Shown piece after piece: positions 59,924 to 64,000 of a stretch of DNA of 64,000 nt. A program made the position numbers and the translations under genes. The stretch is taken from the NCBI GenBank assembly GCA_965140415.1, contig OZ223209.1, forward strand, positions 2,176,001-2,240,000. The letters run 5' to 3'. The notes beneath the pieces are model-generated. The model was not told the DNA's origin, made no database searches, and saw nothing but the letters and a program-made list of their open reading frames with translations. The DNA comes from Myxococcota bacterium (GTDB lineage Bacteria; Myxococcota_A; SURF-8). How positions within the stretch are numbered: position 1 is the stretch's first letter; each line of letters starts with the position of its first letter.

Positions 59924-60187
59924 GCGAGCCCCGCTTTCTTTACCAAAAGCCTAAGCGATGTCTGGATTCATGCGTCCAGTTTACACAAAACGAAAATTAT
60001 TGCTATCCATTGATGGATTGAACCGGAAGGATCGCCAGTTGTGTGTGCTTCTGGGGCCGTGTTCGTCGTTTCAGGTATTCTCTTGCCTGCGATGGATTTC
60101 TTTCATTTTCCGTCGTATTTATGCTAACAGAGATGTCGTTTGGTAAAACTTACTTCCGTTATATGGCTTGAAACAAGGAGTATTTCC

Positions 60188-61402
60188 GTGATTCCCGTTG
60201 CTCATCATTCACAATACTTTGTTCCAGAGTCCGATATCCACGCTCGTATCGACGGTGTTCAAAAAATTCTGCAAAATCAAGATGTTGCGGTTGCATGGGT
60301 CGAGCATAACGCCGATTTGCATTATTTCACAGGATCGGTGCAAAGCGGGTTACTGGTGATCCCGGTACAAGGCGATCCCTTGTATTTCGTTCGAAAAAGT
60401 ATAAAGCGCGCCAAGGTGGAATCCCCTCTGGATGTGCAGGCCTATCCCGGTACGAAAGCGATATTGCAGGCGGTCCGTGATCTTGTGAAAGGGCGCTCGG
60501 AAAAGCTGGCATTGTCCTTCGATGTGACACCTTCCTCCCGTTATGTCATGTTGCAGAAGCAACTGGCCGGTTTTGAATTGCTGGATCTGAGCCGGACGAT
60601 TCGCCTGTTGCGGGCGGTCAAATCCGATTGGGAAATTCAACAGATACAAGCGGCAGCAAGGCAGGCTGAAGCGATTTTCGAACAACTGCCGGAGTTTGCG
60701 CATGTGGGTCAGACCGAACTTGAACTGCAAATCGAGATCGAACGGCGCTTGCGATTGAGCGGTCATGCCGGGACGCTTCGTTTGCGTCGCCCCGGTCAGG
60801 AATTAGCGATACTGATGGCTGCCAGTGGCGAGAGCGCCTGCTATCCAACGAACTTCGACGGTCCCGTGGGAGGACATGCTCAATACCCTTCCGTTCCGGC
60901 CAGCGCTGGAACTCGTCACATTCGGGAGGGAGAGACCCTGATTGTGGATATTGTCAGTTCCTTCAACGGATATCTGTCAGACAATGCCCGAAGCTTCTAT
61001 TTTGGCTCGAATCCGCCGGATGCGGTTCTGCAAGCTCATGAGTTTTGCATGGAGTGCTTATCTCGCATCGAAACCCAGCTTCGCCCCGGTACGAATTGCC
61101 AGCAACTGTATCAGCAGATCGATGCATGGGCCAAAGAACAGGGCGAACCGGAAGGTTTTATGGGGTATGAGGAGAACCGGGTGTCGTTCTTTGCCCACGG
61201 AATCGGACAGGAATTGGACGAATGGCCCGTAATCGCCAATCGGTTTGACATGACCCTACAGTCCGGGATGGTGCTTGCCGTTGAACCGAAGGCATTTCTT
61301 TCTTCAGTCGGTGCGGTCGGTTTGGAGAACACCTATCTGGTCTCAGCGGATGGAGGACGCAGTTTCTGTTCCAGCAATCGGAAACTTCGCTGTCTTGATT
61401 AG
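60188..61402 (+). CDS. Xaa-Pro peptidase family (M24) protein
   Basis: Creatinase-like N-domain, LRAVKS..EI, metal ligands D, D(NAR), HGIG, EPK and LENT. AAGGAG RBS. Confidence 0.9.
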   Translation: MIPVAHHSQYFVPESDIHARIDGVQKILQNQDVAVAWVEHNADLHYFTGSVQSGLLVIPVQGDPLYFVRKSIKRAKVESPLDVQAYPGTKAILQAVRDLVKGRSEKLALSFDVTPSSRYVMLQKQLAGFELLDLSRTIRLLRAVKSDWEIQQIQAAARQAEAIFEQLPEFAHVGQTELELQIEIERRLRLSGHAGTLRLRRPGQELAILMAASGESACYPTNFDGPVGGHAQYPSVPASAGTRHIREGETLIVDIVSSFNGYLSDNARSFYFGSNPPDAVLQAHEFCMECLSRIETQLRPGTNCQQLYQQIDAWAKEQGEPEGFMGYEENRVSFFAHGIGQELDEWPVIANRFDMTLQSGMVLAVEPKAFLSSVGAVGLENTYLVSADGGRSFCSSNRKLRCLD

Positions 61403-61587
61403 ACTTTTCAGCAATGAAGGAATGTGATGATAAGAGCTATAAATCACATAAGTATTTCTTATTTCTCCTTGTTCTTGCCTTCCTGCTATAACTTCTTGTC
61501 ATATAGGGTGAATCTCTGGGCTCTATTCAAGTGCTGAATGAGGACTGTTGGTGAAGCTAGATGGATTCAGTGAAAACGGAGGTCATC

Positions 61588-62127
61588 ATGCAAGTGAAGC
61601 GTGTTAAGGATTTGATGATCCCCCTTGAGCGATATCCATATGTTCAGGATAACGCTACAATCAAAGAAGCAATTGAAGTTGCCATGAAAGCCGGTGCAAT
61701 CGTAGAGGGCACCCGCCATTCCGCGCGATACATACTGGTATTCGACAAGTTGAACGTATTGGTTGGTTATTTAAGACGTAGAGATATTCTACGCGGATTG
61801 GAACCACCAAGTTTCGACAATCACCCGCTTGAATATCGCAAGAAGTTATTCGATGTCGAGTTCGATCCCAACCTGACGTTACTCAATTACGACAAATTGA
61901 TTGAAACCGTAAAAGCCCAAGCCAGCAGGCGAGTCATTGAGGTTATTCGACCGATCAAGATGTGGATCAAAGCGAACGATAATTTCTTGACAGCGATCTA
62001 TGAAATGGTTGAAAACGATATTAGTCTACTGCCCGTGGTTTCCGAAGATCAAGTGACAGGTGTGATTCTTTCTGAAAATGTTTTCGAAGAAATGGCTCAT
62101 ACTCTGTTGGAAGAATCGGAAGCCTGA
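61588..62127 (+). CDS. CBS-domain protein
   Basis: VKDLMIP..YP.V, LVG.L..RDIL and LPVV....V.GVI. Confidence 0.85.
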   Translation: MQVKRVKDLMIPLERYPYVQDNATIKEAIEVAMKAGAIVEGTRHSARYILVFDKLNVLVGYLRRRDILRGLEPPSFDNHPLEYRKKLFDVEFDPNLTLLNYDKLIETVKAQASRRVIEVIRPIKMWIKANDNFLTAIYEMVENDISLLPVVSEDQVTGVILSENVFEEMAHTLLEESEA

Positions 62128-62183
62128 TGAATGTTGATTTGATGGTGAATCTCCCGTGAAATTTAAAAGGACAGTACCAAACC

Positions 62184-63710
62184 ATGAGTGAATCCAGCAG
62201 CCGCACTGAAGTGAAATCGGAAGGTCGAAAGACGGCCAAGCTTCCCAAGGGCGACTCGAAGAAAAATATCGACTGGAAACGGATCAGTTTCACGCTTGTC
62301 GGGTTAGGTCTATTTTGTCTTGTCTATTTTTCTCCACCTTGGCCGGATGCGATCGACCCGCAAGGCAAAGCGTTTGTTTTGGATCATCACGCCAAAGCAG
62401 CATTGGCTTTGTTCTTGTTAGCGGCAACCTGGTGGGTGTTCGAGGTCATCCCTATTGGTGTAACCGGTATCGCCATTGGTGTGATTCAGGGCTTATTTTT
62501 GATTCGAGAGCCGCGAGTGGCTTTTACGGACTTCTTCGATCCCTCGGTATGGTTCATCGTAGGTTCATTGGTAATCGGCATGGTCTTTACCAAAACCGGG
62601 TTGACCAAGCGCATGGCATATAAAATGCTGTCTATCGTCGGTGAAAAGACAAGCATGATTTACCTTGGTTGCTTTGTCATGACTTCCGCACTGACATTGA
62701 TTATGGCGCATACAGCAGTAGCAGCAACGATTTTCCCGTTGTTGATGGCGATTTATTCGCTTTACGATGAAGACCAGAAGCCGACCAAATTCGGCAAGGG
62801 TTTGTTTCTTGGTATGGCCTTCGTTGCCGGAGCAGGTTCGATCATTACCTTGTTAGGTGCAGCACGCGGTGCGGTAGCTCTTGGTTTCTTCAAAGAAATC
62901 GTAGGCAGAGACATTTCCTTTTTCGGTTTGACCTACTATATGGCACCTGTTGGCATCGTGATGACCTTTTTACTGTGGGGCATGTTCATGATCATGTACA
63001 AACCGGAGCGTAAAACGATTCCCGGTTTGAAAGAACGCTCCGTTGAACTGTACAAGCGTCTTGGACCGATGAAGGGTACGGAGATTCTTACCTTGATCAT
63101 TGTATTTTCCGTCATTGCACTATTGGGGTTGCGGTCCTTTATGCCGGAATTGCAATTCCTGAACAAGAGCGCCGTAATTCTGGTGACGACCGTATTGTTC
63201 TTCATGTTCCGGATTTTGTCGATCAAAGACCTGGAAGAGATTCCATGGAACATCGTGCTGCTTTTCGGTGGTGCAATGAGTATCGGTTTCTGCCTCTGGC
63301 AGACTGGAGCTGCTAACTGGCTGGCGATTCAATGGTTGGTTCTGTTCCAGAATGCACATTGGTTCGTGTTTGTTATGGGAATCGCGTTCTTCGTGTTGGT
63401 CATGACCAACTTGATTATGAACGTAGCGGCGATTGCGATCTCGATGCCGGTGGCTTTGGTGTTGGCTCCTTATCTTGGTGTCGCCCCGGAGGTGATCGTT
63501 TTTGCTTCGCTGGTGACAGCGGGTATGCCGTTTCTCTTCTTGGTTGGTGCGGCTCCCAACGCCATCGCGTATGAATCCAGGCAGTTTTCTTCCGGTGAAT
63601 TCTTCATGGCGGGTATTCCTGCAAGCATTCTACTGATGGTGGTGCTGGCCTTTTTCGTGTTCCTTATCTGGCCGATGATGGGAATGCCGGTTACCATTGC
63701 TGCCGGTTAA
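62184..63710 (+). CDS. SLC13/DASS family anion permease
   Basis: WVFEVIP, KTGLTKR, GSIIT.LG.AR, IPWNIVLLFGG and APNAIAY. Many TM helices. Confidence 0.92.
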   Translation: MSESSSRTEVKSEGRKTAKLPKGDSKKNIDWKRISFTLVGLGLFCLVYFSPPWPDAIDPQGKAFVLDHHAKAALALFLLAATWWVFEVIPIGVTGIAIGVIQGLFLIREPRVAFTDFFDPSVWFIVGSLVIGMVFTKTGLTKRMAYKMLSIVGEKTSMIYLGCFVMTSALTLIMAHTAVAATIFPLLMAIYSLYDEDQKPTKFGKGLFLGMAFVAGAGSIITLLGAARGAVALGFFKEIVGRDISFFGLTYYMAPVGIVMTFLLWGMFMIMYKPERKTIPGLKERSVELYKRLGPMKGTEILTLIIVFSVIALLGLRSFMPELQFLNKSAVILVTTVLFFMFRILSIKDLEEIPWNIVLLFGGAMSIGFCLWQTGAANWLAIQWLVLFQNAHWFVFVMGIAFFVLVMTNLIMNVAAIAISMPVALVLAPYLGVAPEVIVFASLVTAGMPFLFLVGAAPNAIAYESRQFSSGEFFMAGIPASILLMVVLAFFVFLIWPMMGMPVTIAAG

Positions 63711-63732
63711 GCTTTCTACTAAGGTCGCTTTC

Positions 63733-63765
63733 AGGGCTCTTCCTACTTCTGGGAGAGCCTTTTTT
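63733..63765 (+). terminator. Intrinsic terminator after the SLC13 gene
   Basis: GGCTCTTCC-TACTTCT-GGGAGAGCC followed by TTTTTT. Confidence 0.75.
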
Positions 63766-63835
63766 CATCTGAAAGCCTTTTCAGATGCGGGTGGGATCTG
63801 TTTTCGCTCTGCCAGGAACTAGTGGAATTGGATTT

Positions 63836-64000
63836 CTAAGAGTTGGAGGAGGTCTGCGTGGAAGATGCTTTTGGGGGGTGTAGATTCATCCTGATCATGA
63901 AGTAGCTACCCAATCCGATATCGATTACGAATTCGGTTAAATGTGCTACAACGGCTGCCGCCAACGCGATGTCTGCTCCGATTCCAAGCAGTCCCAGCGC
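63836..64000 (-). CDS. C-terminal fragment of a membrane protein, probably UPF0104/flippase-like (partial)
   Basis: Own translation ALGLLGIGADIALAAAVVAHLTEFVIDIGLGSYFMIRM...* resembles the C-terminus of 46558-47598. Confidence 0.55.
   Translation of the reverse strand, partial: ALGLLGIGADIALAAAVVAHLTEFVIDIGLGSYFMIRMNLHPPKASSTQTSSNS

Overview
A gene-dense chromosomal window of moderately high GC from a Gram-negative bacterium. It encodes beta-barrel proteins, lipoproteins, a PpiD/SurA chaperone and a sigma54 system. The Cys-rich, Asp-Gly-Asp-repeat lipoproteins suggest a Myxococcota/Deltaproteobacteria-like host, but that is inference. I found no rRNA, tRNA, CRISPR array, integrase or transposase. 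Housekeeping genes include leuS, ispH, rppH, cysC, gdh and ppiD/surA. Two loci stand out. (1) A co-oriented block at about 32-45 kb: an atypical ClpX-like ATPase, a secreted HEAT protein, a 2052-aa surface lipoprotein, a 5'-nucleotidase lipoprotein with a 4xCxxC insert, an OB-fold lipoprotein and an unrecognised outer-membrane barrel. The giant lipoprotein has five OB-like modules, three lamin-tail domains, DGD linkers and a duplicated Cys-rich unit matching the CS-alpha-beta defensin motif. The block looks like an extracellular nucleic-acid/nucleotide capture and salvage system. (2) A block at about 47.6-55.9 kb: a sigma54 promoter with upstream activator sites driving a small double-Cys-motif protein and glutamate dehydrogenase, a soluble kinase with an NtrC-type activator, and a divergent receiver-fused PEP-synthase-like protein. 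Non-coding structure includes a dispersed ~90-bp REP-like family (4 copies), three operator palindromes phased at 31 bp before a Fic gene, a sigma28-like promoter before an orphan divergent flagellin, and a 10-bp-phased CACAA array. All assignments come from reading motifs by eye; no database searches were run.
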